Shown here: positions 1-9,362 of the stretch, piece after piece
Numbering within the stretch: the first letter of the stretch is position 1
Layout of the letters: each line of letters starts with the position of its first letter
Assembly: GCA_049517415.1 (NCBI GenBank)
Contig: JBEKSC010000001.1
Location: 159,146-223,145, forward strand
Direction: 5' to 3'
DNA: 64,000 nucleotides
Source: Candidatus Bathyarchaeia archaeon
GTDB lineage: Archaea; Thermoproteota; Bathyarchaeia; 40CM-2-53-6
Program-made: the position numbers and the translations under genes
Notes under the pieces: model-generated
Told to the model about the DNA's origin: nothing
The model's database searches: none
Seen by the model: the letters and a program-made list of their open reading frames with translations, nothing else

Positions 1-199
1 ACTCTTTCAGAACGACATCAGACATGGTTCAGGCACATCGATGTGGATAAATCGAACTGAATTTCAGGCTTCCGATTGAGTTGTAACTTTGCTTAGAGCT
101 TGTAATAAGCGGACGGCGAGCTCTTCGAAGGTTGGCAGATACAATAAAGAAATGTCAAAATGAAAAACAGGTGATGCCTAGACGTTGAGGTTAGATACG

Positions 200-313
200 A
201 TGTATGGCTCAACCTATGTAAGATGTGCATATTGCGGCCAGACAATCCCACGCGTAACTCCATCCTGCCCATATTGCCAACATAAATTTCTCCTTAAAGG
301 ACTTGGGCTCTAA
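200..313 (+). CDS. Zinc-ribbon microprotein (37 aa, not in ORF track)
   Basis: Hand translation MYGSTYVRCAYCGQTIPRVTPSCPYCQHKFLLKGLGL*; CxxC-x10-CxxC. Confidence 0.55.
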   Translation: MYGSTYVRCAYCGQTIPRVTPSCPYCQHKFLLKGLGL

Positions 314-412
314 CGGTAATCTTTCGCTTGAAGTCCCGATTTGACGCGCAGATACACAACAAAAGGGCGGCTTGGATCCTTTGAGCAATGGCTTCTTGGT
401 GCACCCGAGCTA

Positions 413-1360
413 TTACTTCTCTTTCGCCGTCAGGGTCACTTCTTTCAGCTCTTCTAGGTATGCGAGGGCATCCAGAGCGGCCTTACAGCCTTCCCCAGCC
501 GCTGTCACAGCTTGACGGTACTTGAAATCGTGAACGTCTCCTGCGACGAAAACGCCGTCAACCGAAGTCCTCGTCCCCTCTCCAGTAATTATATAGCCCT
601 TCTCATCCAGTCGCACCTGACCCTCGAAGATCTTGGTGTTGGGTTCAAACCCAATTGCTACGAAGACACCATCACAGGCCACGATTGATTGCTCATCCGT
701 CTTGACGTTCTTGAGCCTTACACCTTCGACGCCCTGCTCCCCAAGAACATCGTCGATTACCGAATCCCAAACGAATTTGACCTTCTCGTTAGATAAGGCT
801 CGTTTTTGCATAATCTTGCTGGCACGCATCTCACCGCGTCTATGGACAACAATGACTTCAGAAGCATATTTTGTTAGGAAGAGCGCTTCTTCGATCGCTG
901 TGTCTCCACCGCCGACAACGACGACTCGCTTCCCCCGAAAGAAATAGCCATCACACGTGGCACAGCTTGAAACGCCGCGACCACGTAACCGCTCTTCAGA
1001 GAGTAAGCCCAGCCATTTGGCAGATGACCCGGTCGCTATTATGATGGCTTTTGATGTGTGAATCTTGCCGCCGACGGTAACCTTGAACGGTCTACGGGAG
1101 AAATCTACCGATTCAACATCATCCTCAAGCAATTGCACGTTGAAGCGTTCAGCCTGTCTCTTCATCTCTTGCATTAGCTCGGGCCCCTGTACTCCGTCAT
1201 GGAACCCTGGGAAATTTTCCACGCCGCTGGTGAGCATGAGTTGTCCGCCTAACAGGCGGCCGGCAACAACAAGAGTCTTCACGAGTGCTCGGCCGGCATA
1301 GATTGCTGCTGTCAAACCCGCGGGGCCTGAACCGATAATGATTATGTCGTACTCTGCCAT
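413..1360 (-). CDS. trxB: Thioredoxin-disulfide reductase
   Basis: GSGPAG FAD motif, CATCDG active site, GGGDTA NADPH motif, C-terminal RQAVTAAG. Confidence 0.96.
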   Translation of the reverse strand: MAEYDIIIIGSGPAGLTAAIYAGRALVKTLVVAGRLLGGQLMLTSGVENFPGFHDGVQGPELMQEMKRQAERFNVQLLEDDVESVDFSRRPFKVTVGGKIHTSKAIIIATGSSAKWLGLLSEERLRGRGVSSCATCDGYFFRGKRVVVVGGGDTAIEEALFLTKYASEVIVVHRRGEMRASKIMQKRALSNEKVKFVWDSVIDDVLGEQGVEGVRLKNVKTDEQSIVACDGVFVAIGFEPNTKIFEGQVRLDEKGYIITGEGTRTSVDGVFVAGDVHDFKYRQAVTAAGEGCKAALDALAYLEELKEVTLTAKEK

Positions 1361-1453
1361 CTTGCTTCCGGGTATAATTTCGATTCATGAATTATAAGCC
1401 AGACCCTTGACCTACCAAACGCAATCTTGCTGTTCAGGTTACGTGTTTCGAAT

Positions 1454-1951
1454 TCACCGTTCTCTAGCATATTCGCCCAGTTTCACTGTGCGCGCTGATG
1501 ACCCAATGAATATGACAATAGTATTAGACAGCCTGTTGAAGAGCCTCTGCCTATTCTCGCGACACGGCGAGTAGACCCAACCAATTAAGCAATCAACTGG
1601 CAGGAGCAGGGACTTTCCCACGCTCTGTATCGCGGAAGCTTTCAGGCTCGGCCTTTTCCCTTGAAGATCTGCTAGTCGAATATTCAGCAAGAGCTGGCCA
1701 ATTGACCTTCCGAAGTACCCTTCCGAAAAGGCCCAATACAGAAAGAAGGCCAAAACGGACAAAGGCGACCAGATGGAAATATCGAATCCTGGAAAACGTG
1801 GCAGAAGGGTTGCTGGGACCAGTTGTGTTTCTAGGTCTTCCAACCTGATGTATGCAAGCATCACATTAACGATAATGTAATCTATGAACCAGGCGATGAA
1901 ACGCCTTCCCCAGTTTGCGAGTACAATCGGACTGGGTCTAGCCTTGGACAT
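1454..1951 (-). CDS. RDD family membrane protein
   Basis: LANWGRRFIAWFID N-terminal motif, GRSIG, RQRLFNRLSNTIV C-terminus. Confidence 0.85.
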   Translation of the reverse strand: MSKARPSPIVLANWGRRFIAWFIDYIIVNVMLAYIRLEDLETQLVPATLLPRFPGFDISIWSPLSVLAFFLYWAFSEGYFGRSIGQLLLNIRLADLQGKRPSLKASAIQSVGKSLLLPVDCLIGWVYSPCRENRQRLFNRLSNTIVIFIGSSARTVKLGEYARER

Positions 1952-2007
1952 GCCGGTACCAGTTACTCGGATCCCTTATGGGCGTGCATAATTGCTGATT
2001 TTCTTTC

Positions 2008-3081
2008 TTACTTTCGGCGTGTCGGCGTGCGGCGATCTCCCATAACCATAGCCATCACGGCTTTTTGGGCATGCAACCTGTTCTCGGCTTGCTCGAAGTA
2101 TAGTGAGTAACTCTCATTATCAATTACGTCATCAGTAACTTCTTGTCCCCGGTCCGCCGGGCCGCAATGCATGTACTTGCCTTTCTTTGTTAGATCCATC
2201 ATCTCCTGGGTGCATATCCAGTCCTTGAACTGGTCTTGGTAAGTGGTCGCGCCGGTCTTGTCTAGTGAGTCGCGGTGCGGAGGAAAATAGTTCTTCGGCG
2301 ACCAGGCCTTCGGGTACACTACATCAGCGCCGTTGAAGGCTTCCTTCATATCGTTAACTACATGGAACCCGCCGCCGTACCTGTCCGCATTCTTCTTCGC
2401 GGCATCAAGGACCACATCTTCTAGTTCGAAGCCTTGCGGGTGCGCGAGGACTACGTCCATTCCTAGTTGCGTTCCGATTAGAACCTCATTTTGCGGGACG
2501 GCTAGTGGCTTTAGTCCGCCAGAGTACGCATAAGAGACAACGAGTTTCTTTCCTTTCAGTTTAGGAATAGCATTTCTCATAGCCTGGGCATCGGCCAAAG
2601 CTTGGAATGGGTGATACATGTCATCCTCCATATTCAACACTGGAATGGTTGCGTACTTTGCAAATTCCCGAACAACCTTGTGGCCTCTGCCTATGATCCA
2701 TTTCGCTGCATCGCCATAGATTCTGATTGCAATCGCGTCCCCGTACCTGCTCAATACACGTGAAACGTCAGAAATTGCTTCAGTTTGATAAGCGACCATG
2801 TCTTCGGGAAGCGCGGGTGTGTAAACGTCTTGTGGACTAAGAAAGTGGGCGTGACCGCCGAGTTGATACATTCCCGCCTCGAAAGAATTCCTTGTCCTGA
2901 GAGAGCGGTTATAGAACATCATGAAGAGGGTTTTTCCAGATAGATAGTGATGCTCCTTTCGGGAACGAAATAGTTTCCTCAATACGTCGGCTGCGTCTAG
3001 AGCTTCCTTAATTTGTTCCTGCGAGAAATCATCTGTATTTAAGAAATGTTTACCCTTCCATTTGCCTACGAACGACGGCAT
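2008..3081 (-). CDS. Carbamoyltransferase (OTCase/ATCase superfamily), YgeW-like
   Basis: SLRTR, HPFQALAD and HCGP motifs; YAYSGGLKPLAVPQ loop resembles the YgeW WAYSPSYGKPLSVPQ loop; no OTCase SMG motif; GGAGG SD upstream. Confidence 0.85.
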   Translation of the reverse strand: MPSFVGKWKGKHFLNTDDFSQEQIKEALDAADVLRKLFRSRKEHHYLSGKTLFMMFYNRSLRTRNSFEAGMYQLGGHAHFLSPQDVYTPALPEDMVAYQTEAISDVSRVLSRYGDAIAIRIYGDAAKWIIGRGHKVVREFAKYATIPVLNMEDDMYHPFQALADAQAMRNAIPKLKGKKLVVSYAYSGGLKPLAVPQNEVLIGTQLGMDVVLAHPQGFELEDVVLDAAKKNADRYGGGFHVVNDMKEAFNGADVVYPKAWSPKNYFPPHRDSLDKTGATTYQDQFKDWICTQEMMDLTKKGKYMHCGPADRGQEVTDDVIDNESYSLYFEQAENRLHAQKAVMAMVMGDRRTPTRRK

Positions 3082-3307
3082 ATTTGTTACCTCCTCGTGT
3101 TGTTTGCTTGCGCGTATTTGAATTAAGCTCTTAGAGAAAGACGTTTCCTTCTAGGGCAATCACCATGACTCTGTCAATCAATCTCGCTTCATCTCAGAAG
3201 AGAAGCACAACCTCTCATTACACCCTTTATGAACTTTCATGATTTTCCTAGTTTCGGAAAGTTCTATCTAGCTCGAAAGAGTATCTTCGAGACAAATAGA
3301 GGAACTT

Positions 3308-4336
3308 TTGATGGCGAAGGTTGATTTGGCCGGTAAGGACTTAATCACCACACAAGATTGGTCACTTGATGAACTTCGGGCAACACTTAAAGTGGCACGG
3401 GAACTGAAGATGAAATATAGGCGCGGCCGCGTCCCACCCCTTCTTCGTAATAAGACGTTTTTCATGTTGTTTTATGCGCCTTCGACCAGGACGAGGGCTG
3501 CGTTTGAAGCCGGTATGACATACCTAGGCGGCCATGCGCAGTATATCGATGTCTCAACAACCCGGCTCGGGTCGGGTGAGGCTCCGAAGGATGTGGCTAA
3601 GATGTATGAGAAATATGGCCACGGGTTAGGGGTTCGAATTCTAGATTCAGCGATCGATTATGTTTACGGCGCTGGAATTTCCGTCGTACGAGAGTATGCA
3701 AAACATGCGGAGATTCCTGTCATTAACATGGCATGCTGTACCTACCACCCGACTCAGGGACTTGCGGATCTGATGACCGTTCAGGAATCATTGGGTAAGG
3801 TGCAGGGTAAGAAGTATGTCATAATGTGGGGGTACGCGAAGAGCTTCCGTGGCAGGTGTAGCATACAAGAGGAGGCATTGATCATGCCCCGCTTCGGAAT
3901 GGATGTTGTTCTGGCCCATCCGCCGGGCTTCGAAATTGACCCAAAGATAGTGGAAACAGCAAAGTCAAATGCCACAGAGGCAGGTGGCAGCTTTCAAGTC
4001 TCAAACGATTTGAAGTCAGCTATCGAGGGGGCCCATGCGGTCTTCCCTAGAAATTGGGCGTCATCTGAATTGCTTCAAGTCGGGGCAAGTAAGTTTGGGA
4101 AGGAAAGAGAGATGGAATTACATGAGAAGTACCGCAATTGGACATTTAATCAGGATTTGCTTGATAGGATGGACAGAAAGGCTGTCGTGACTCATGTACT
4201 GCCTGTGCTTCGCGGAGAAGAAGCAACAGATGACGTAATGGATGGCCCCCACTCAGTTATCTATCCACAAGCTGAGAATGGCATGTACACCAAAATGGCG
4301 GTTCTCGCAGTAACCATGGGCCGCAGAAAAAAGTGA
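3308..4336 (+). CDS. Second carbamoyltransferase-superfamily protein (non-canonical OTCase)
   Basis: STRTR, HPTQGLAD, HVLP (instead of HCLP) and QAENG motifs; WGYAKS loop; no SMG motif. Confidence 0.85.
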   Translation: MMAKVDLAGKDLITTQDWSLDELRATLKVARELKMKYRRGRVPPLLRNKTFFMLFYAPSTRTRAAFEAGMTYLGGHAQYIDVSTTRLGSGEAPKDVAKMYEKYGHGLGVRILDSAIDYVYGAGISVVREYAKHAEIPVINMACCTYHPTQGLADLMTVQESLGKVQGKKYVIMWGYAKSFRGRCSIQEEALIMPRFGMDVVLAHPPGFEIDPKIVETAKSNATEAGGSFQVSNDLKSAIEGAHAVFPRNWASSELLQVGASKFGKEREMELHEKYRNWTFNQDLLDRMDRKAVVTHVLPVLRGEEATDDVMDGPHSVIYPQAENGMYTKMAVLAVTMGRRKK

Positions 4337-4351
4337 AGACATCTCCTTGAA

Positions 4352-5602
4352 CTAGAGTTTCAGTATACGATCCAACTCTTGCATTGAGGCGTCAATGAGA
4401 GGTATCTCTGGCATTCCTTTTGTTGCCACATTCGGATCTTTCAAACCGCTTCCCGTTATCTCCACCACAACACAATCAGCCTTGTCTATATTTTCACGTT
4501 CTTTGATCACGCCGGCTAGTGATGTTACCCCGGACGGTTCAGCGAAAATCCCTTCGTATTTGGCGAGCTTCTTCTGTGCCTCTAGGATTTCGTCGTTCGA
4601 AACCGCAACGGCCGCGCCATGAGAGTTGCGGATGGCAACGAGAGCGGCATCGCCATCCCAAGGATATGGGTCCATGAGTCCTGTTGCAACGGAGTCGGGC
4701 ATTTCCCACGGAACTATGTTTTTCGAGTCGGCGCCTTGCTCGTAGGCCCGAATTACGGGGGCGCAACCGGTCGATTGGACAGCAGCCATTCTCGGCATTG
4801 ATTTTATGAAACCTAAGTTCTGAAAATCGAGGTAGCCTTTCCAGTTTCCCGCAAGTGCACCCCCTGCGCCCACGGGAACGAAGACCCAGTTGGGGACCTC
4901 CCAACCGAGCCCTTCCACGATCTCATAGGACATAGTCTTCGGACCCTCTGCTTGGTACGGGTTCATGGGGCCAAAGCTGGGGCAAGGGTACCAGTTGTTC
5001 TTGTCACAAACAGCCTTCAGCATTATCACAGTTGGATCCTCCCCTGATTCTAACCCTCGAACCTTGACAACATGAGCCCCGTACATCGTTAGCTGGGCCA
5101 ATTTTCCTATGCTCGCCATCTCTGGGACGAAGGTGATGCATCGGAGCCCTGCCTTCGCAGAGTAGGCCGATAACGCTGCAGCAGCGTTACCACTTGAGGC
5201 TGAAACAACCGTTCGGTAGCCCAGCTCAACAGCTTTCGAGACGCCAACAGTCATCGGTCTGTCTTTGAACGAGGCGGTCGGATTGCGAGTGTCATCCAGC
5301 AGCCAAAGATTATCCAAGCCTAACTTCTCGCCGAATCGGTGTGCCCGCAAAAAAGGGGTTCCGCCTTCTCCGAGGCTAACTATGTTCTTCGGATCGTTAA
5401 TCGGCAAAAGTTCCCTGTACTTCCAAACTCCGTTTGGCCTTCTCGACAGTGTCTCTATCTTGATGGCATCCCGCAAAGCTTCGTAGTCATAGAAGATGTC
5501 TAAGCGGCCGTCATCGTGATTTGCGCACCGGATCGCGCCAGAGCTAGGTTCGTACTCCCTCCCACAGCGAGCGCACTTCATCAGCTTAAGGAAGGACTTC
5601 AT
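4352..5602 (-). CDS. thrC: Threonine synthase-like PLP enzyme (fold type II); substrate may differ
   Basis: N-terminal CxxC, SLGEGGTP, NPTASFKDR (PLP Lys), SSGNAA, PVGAGG, EGIFAEPS, TGSGLKD. Confidence 0.8.
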   Translation of the reverse strand: MKSFLKLMKCARCGREYEPSSGAIRCANHDDGRLDIFYDYEALRDAIKIETLSRRPNGVWKYRELLPINDPKNIVSLGEGGTPFLRAHRFGEKLGLDNLWLLDDTRNPTASFKDRPMTVGVSKAVELGYRTVVSASSGNAAAALSAYSAKAGLRCITFVPEMASIGKLAQLTMYGAHVVKVRGLESGEDPTVIMLKAVCDKNNWYPCPSFGPMNPYQAEGPKTMSYEIVEGLGWEVPNWVFVPVGAGGALAGNWKGYLDFQNLGFIKSMPRMAAVQSTGCAPVIRAYEQGADSKNIVPWEMPDSVATGLMDPYPWDGDAALVAIRNSHGAAVAVSNDEILEAQKKLAKYEGIFAEPSGVTSLAGVIKERENIDKADCVVVEITGSGLKDPNVATKGMPEIPLIDASMQELDRILKL

Positions 5603-6651
5603 TCAACAATTTCCCAACGCGATTGATACTTGTCCAGCTGCGTAGTTGTGTACTCGTCAAGTGGATGTTCTCTTTCTGGGACCTCCACATGTTTCTTTTC
5701 GCCGCAGAGTTCCGTTGAGAAGTATCGTTGGCCGGTGTCATTCACCATCGTTACAATCGTTTTGTACCCAGGGTGTCGCTTGGCGATCTTTATTGCTGCA
5801 ACTACATTGCATCCTGAGGATATCCCGCAGAAGATTCCTTCCTCCCTAGCTAGCCTTCTGCCCATTTCAATGGATTCATCTGAGCCAGTTGTAATTATCC
5901 CTGTGAGATAGCTGAGGTCGAGGTTTACCGGGACAAAACCGTCTCCAATTCCTTCGATCTTATGAGTTCCCCATTGACGATGAGCTAGGATTGGTGCTTC
6001 CGACGGTTCCACTGCGAAAAGCGCCACATTCTTTTTCTTCTTTCTCAGGTATTTGCCAACACCCGTCAAAGTACCCCCAGTTCCTTGTGACGCTAGGAAA
6101 CAGTCAACTTTTCCTTCGCTCTGCTCCCAAATCTCGGGGCCAGTTGTTTTGTAATGGGCGGCAACATTGTCTTTGTTGCTGAACTGGCCGGGCTCCCAAT
6201 ATTTGCCTGGACTTGCTTGCTTTAGTTCCTCAATCTTCTTCAGACATAGGTCCACGTCGCTTTCTGCCCCTGGCGTTGTAATGATCTCGGCTCCGTAAGC
6301 CCGTATGATCTTCATCCTCTCTTGGCTCATGCCCGCAGGCATAACGATCGTTACCTTGTGACCTAACGTAGTACCAACAAATGAGCAAGCGATTCCAGCA
6401 TTGCCCGTAGAAGCTTCCAGTATTTCCATTTCAGGCCGTAATTCCCTGCGCTCAATCGCCTTCGTTATCATTTCGAAATATATACGGTCCTTGAGGCTGC
6501 CGGTTGGATTCATGTACTCAAGCTTAACCAGAATGTTCGCTTTGACGCCCTCAGATGCCGGTATCCTCCGCAATTTGACGAGTGGAGTCCGACCGATCGT
6601 TTGGAATACGCCGTCAGCGACTTTACGCGATTTCGTCCACTTTATGCTCAT
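5599..6651 (-). CDS. cysK: Cysteine synthase family PLP enzyme
   Basis: IGRTPLV, KLEYMNPTGSLKDR, STGNAG, GTGGT, HKIEGIG, GISSG, DTGQRYFST. Confidence 0.82.
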   Translation of the reverse strand: MSIKWTKSRKVADGVFQTIGRTPLVKLRRIPASEGVKANILVKLEYMNPTGSLKDRIYFEMITKAIERRELRPEMEILEASTGNAGIACSFVGTTLGHKVTIVMPAGMSQERMKIIRAYGAEIITTPGAESDVDLCLKKIEELKQASPGKYWEPGQFSNKDNVAAHYKTTGPEIWEQSEGKVDCFLASQGTGGTLTGVGKYLRKKKKNVALFAVEPSEAPILAHRQWGTHKIEGIGDGFVPVNLDLSYLTGIITTGSDESIEMGRRLAREEGIFCGISSGCNVVAAIKIAKRHPGYKTIVTMVNDTGQRYFSTELCGEKKHVEVPEREHPLDEYTTTQLDKYQSRWEIVE

Positions 6652-6708
6652 TTGCCTCAGACCACCATTTCGCTAGGCTACTTCAAACTTGAACCTTATG
6701 GTAGGTTC

Positions 6709-8100
6709 CTAGGAAACCGCCCACTTGGGTTCGATTTCGAGACCCGCCCTTTCCAAGAGCTTTTGGCCCCTTTCGTTTGCCTCTTTGAGGATTTCCTCCT
6801 CTTCGAGTGTTTTGAGGTTTCTGTTTTCCATTACGACTTCACCATCAATTATCACGGTTTCGACATCGGTTCCCTCCGCCGCGTAAATGAGGTGTGAAAC
6901 TGGGTTGAAAACTGGTGTCAGGTGAGGTTTGTTCATTGCTATCATGATTACATCAGCTTTCTTATTCACCTCGATCGACCCCAAGTCTGTCTGCTTGCCA
7001 ATGGCTTTTGCTCCGTTGATCGTGGCCATTTCGAGAACTGTCTCAGCATTCATCACTAGTGGGTCGAGCAACCTTGCCTTTTGAAGTAGCGAAGCCGTTT
7101 TCATTTCACGGACAAGGTCGTAGCAGTTGTTGCTTGGGCCGCCGTCACATCCGAGACCCACATTCACTCCCGCTTGCAACATTTCCGGGACCTTTGTAAT
7201 TCCAGATGCAAGTTTCATGTTCGATGATGGGCAATGGGCGACACTACCTCCCTTATCGGCCAATATTCTCCATTCCTTCTCAGTGAGCCAGACACCGTGG
7301 GCGAAAACAACATTCTGGCCCACTAAACCGACTTCATTCATGAATTCCGCTGGCAACATTCCAAATTCTTTCTTGGTATACCGAACGTCCTCCTGAACCT
7401 CGCTCAGGTGCATCGTCACTCCCGTTCCGAGATCTCGAGCGCCGATTGCGATACGTTCGTACAGGTCTTTCGTGCAGCCACCAAGGGACCGAGCACCATA
7501 CCAAACCTTAATCCTCTCGTTCGCTTTGCCGTCCCACCGTTTGAAGTGTGATTCGATTTCGCGAAGGCAGGTTTCAGGGTCTTCGATCATCCCGGGGTGC
7601 ATTATGCTTTTTTCAGTTCCGTAGCCCGGCAGTCCCATAACAGTCTTTGAGAGGATGCCACGCATTCCTGATTTCTGCACGCTTTCGGCTATGCCATCGA
7701 AGCCATAACGCGTATGCAATAGGCTCTCGAGGAAGGTTGTCGTTCCTGATTTTATCATTTCAAGCATGCACAGATTGGCACTTGCCTTTCCATCCCCTGC
7801 TTCGAAGTTGCCTTGAAGGGGCCAGACAAATTTCTGGAGCCAATCTATTAGTGACGTATCGTCCGCGCATCCACGGATAAGAGCTTGGGCTAGGTGAACG
7901 TGCGTATCAATAAGCCCCGGGAGGACAACCATCCCTTTTGCGTCTATTTCGTACTCAGGCCGCGGATGCACTCTAATTTGGTCTGCCTTCCCCACTTCGG
8001 CGATACGGTCGTTTTCGACCCGAACTGCTCCGTCCCTAATAATTCGCCGATTCGCATCCATGGTTATGACTGTCCCGCCGGAAATCAGAATAGACGCCAT
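6709..8100 (-). CDS. Amidohydrolase, nucleobase deaminase family (TrzA/MtaD/8-oxoguanine deaminase-like)
   Basis: DTHVHLAQ, HLSE, AHGVW, HCPSSNMKLASG, GLGCDG motifs; start moved to ATG 8100 (MASILISGG). Confidence 0.88.
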   Translation of the reverse strand: MASILISGGTVITMDANRRIIRDGAVRVENDRIAEVGKADQIRVHPRPEYEIDAKGMVVLPGLIDTHVHLAQALIRGCADDTSLIDWLQKFVWPLQGNFEAGDGKASANLCMLEMIKSGTTTFLESLLHTRYGFDGIAESVQKSGMRGILSKTVMGLPGYGTEKSIMHPGMIEDPETCLREIESHFKRWDGKANERIKVWYGARSLGGCTKDLYERIAIGARDLGTGVTMHLSEVQEDVRYTKKEFGMLPAEFMNEVGLVGQNVVFAHGVWLTEKEWRILADKGGSVAHCPSSNMKLASGITKVPEMLQAGVNVGLGCDGGPSNNCYDLVREMKTASLLQKARLLDPLVMNAETVLEMATINGAKAIGKQTDLGSIEVNKKADVIMIAMNKPHLTPVFNPVSHLIYAAEGTDVETVIIDGEVVMENRNLKTLEEEEILKEANERGQKLLERAGLEIEPKWAVS

Positions 8101-8221
8101 GATGACCACTTCGCCGGGTGCTTGGATTGCACACGTCTGCTTTAATTGAATTTCCTGTGCAACAAACCTGACAAGCATAGAAGGGCGAGGCTGATTCTGT
8201 CAAAACGCTCGACCATTGCAC

Positions 8222-8390
8222 TTAACGATTGGCCTCGGGACGGATGAATACTTGACCGACATGTTTGACGTCATCCGCGCTACGTTCCTGATTCACGAGA
8301 GGTATCTGCAGGATGCATGCGTCATGCCGGCTGAGACAGTTCTAGATATTGCGAAAATCAAGGGCGCGGAGGCAGCAGGACTTGGAGATT
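8222..8390 (+). pseudogene. Remnant of a second amidohydrolase (C-terminal segment only)
   Basis: LTIGLGTD..DMFDVIR..AETVLDIAKIKGAEAAGL aligns by eye with VGLGCD..AETVLEMATINGAKAIG of the adjacent gene; no N-terminal metal motifs. Confidence 0.65.
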
Positions 8391-8558
8391 CACGGTCTGT
8401 TCTCAAAGCATTTCAGAGCCATGAGGGTTGGTGCGGCAGGCCATACATCTTAGGCTCACTTCTACTTATTGAGGTAGGAATAAGTGACTGCGCAACTGAT
8501 AAGTTACTTTGCGAGAAAGGAGTTGTACAAGGGGAATTGAGGCCTGGCGTCCGCTCGC

Positions 8559-9362
8559 GTGACTGAAGATTCGAAGCGGTTGTTCTATGCGTTCTTGATC
8601 TCTGCGATTCTTCTTGTAGTAGTGATTCTCCCAGTCTATGTTCTTAGGATTCCGTTCGTTTCAAGTTTACCCAAAAGATTGAAGATTGGCGATTCTTGGA
8701 CCTACCAAGTCATCTTTCCTGATGGGGAAAGTTACGAATTGACCGAATCAGTCAAGGATACGGTTCAATTGAACGGAACCGAAACCTATCTCCTTCTCCG
8801 AGACGACCCACAGCATGCTTCAACCGAATACCTGTGGATAACTCCAGATTGGCACGAAGTCAAAACATTCCAGCCTAACATCGGGAACATCGTTGCAAAC
8901 TCGACCGTCATTTATTCTCCTCCCATCGAGTTACTTCAAATTCCGTTACGCGTTGGCGACAAGTGGATCGTCAACAGCACTAAGACTATCATAACCCAGC
9001 TAAAGAATTCGAAAATCCAAACAATAACGCAATTGGTCGAGAAAAGAGAATTTGAGAAAATCGACGAGATTTCAACTCCAGCAGGATCATTTCGCGCCTT
9101 CAAGGTCAGTGTAACCATGAATGGCGTACCTATTGAGATTACATGGTTTGATACATCATTGGGTCAAATCGTAAGAGGAGAATATTACAATGGTCCAGAG
9201 GTGGTCACGCAGTCGCTCGTGTCTTACTCAGAGACGTTTCCAGCGACTTCCACATTTACCATGGCCTTTTATCCAACCGTGAACCGTGCTTGGAGACATT
9301 TCGGAAGTTATATCTACAACATCGTTCGAACCTTTACTGAGTTGAAAATATCTTATGACTGA
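8559..9362 (+). CDS. Membrane-anchored hypothetical beta-rich protein
   Basis: N-terminal TM; LKIGDSWTY / PLRVGDKW repeat and ISTPAGSFRAFKV motif; stop overlaps the BMP start. Confidence 0.7.
   Translation: MTEDSKRLFYAFLISAILLVVVILPVYVLRIPFVSSLPKRLKIGDSWTYQVIFPDGESYELTESVKDTVQLNGTETYLLLRDDPQHASTEYLWITPDWHEVKTFQPNIGNIVANSTVIYSPPIELLQIPLRVGDKWIVNSTKTIITQLKNSKIQTITQLVEKREFEKIDEISTPAGSFRAFKVSVTMNGVPIEITWFDTSLGQIVRGEYYNGPEVVTQSLVSYSETFPATSTFTMAFYPTVNRAWRHFGSYIYNIVRTFTELKISYD

Noticed and set aside
2008..4336. Labelling the carbamoyltransferases argF/pyrB
   Set aside because: Substrate-specific motifs (SMG, HCLP context; RxQxER for ATCase) are missing
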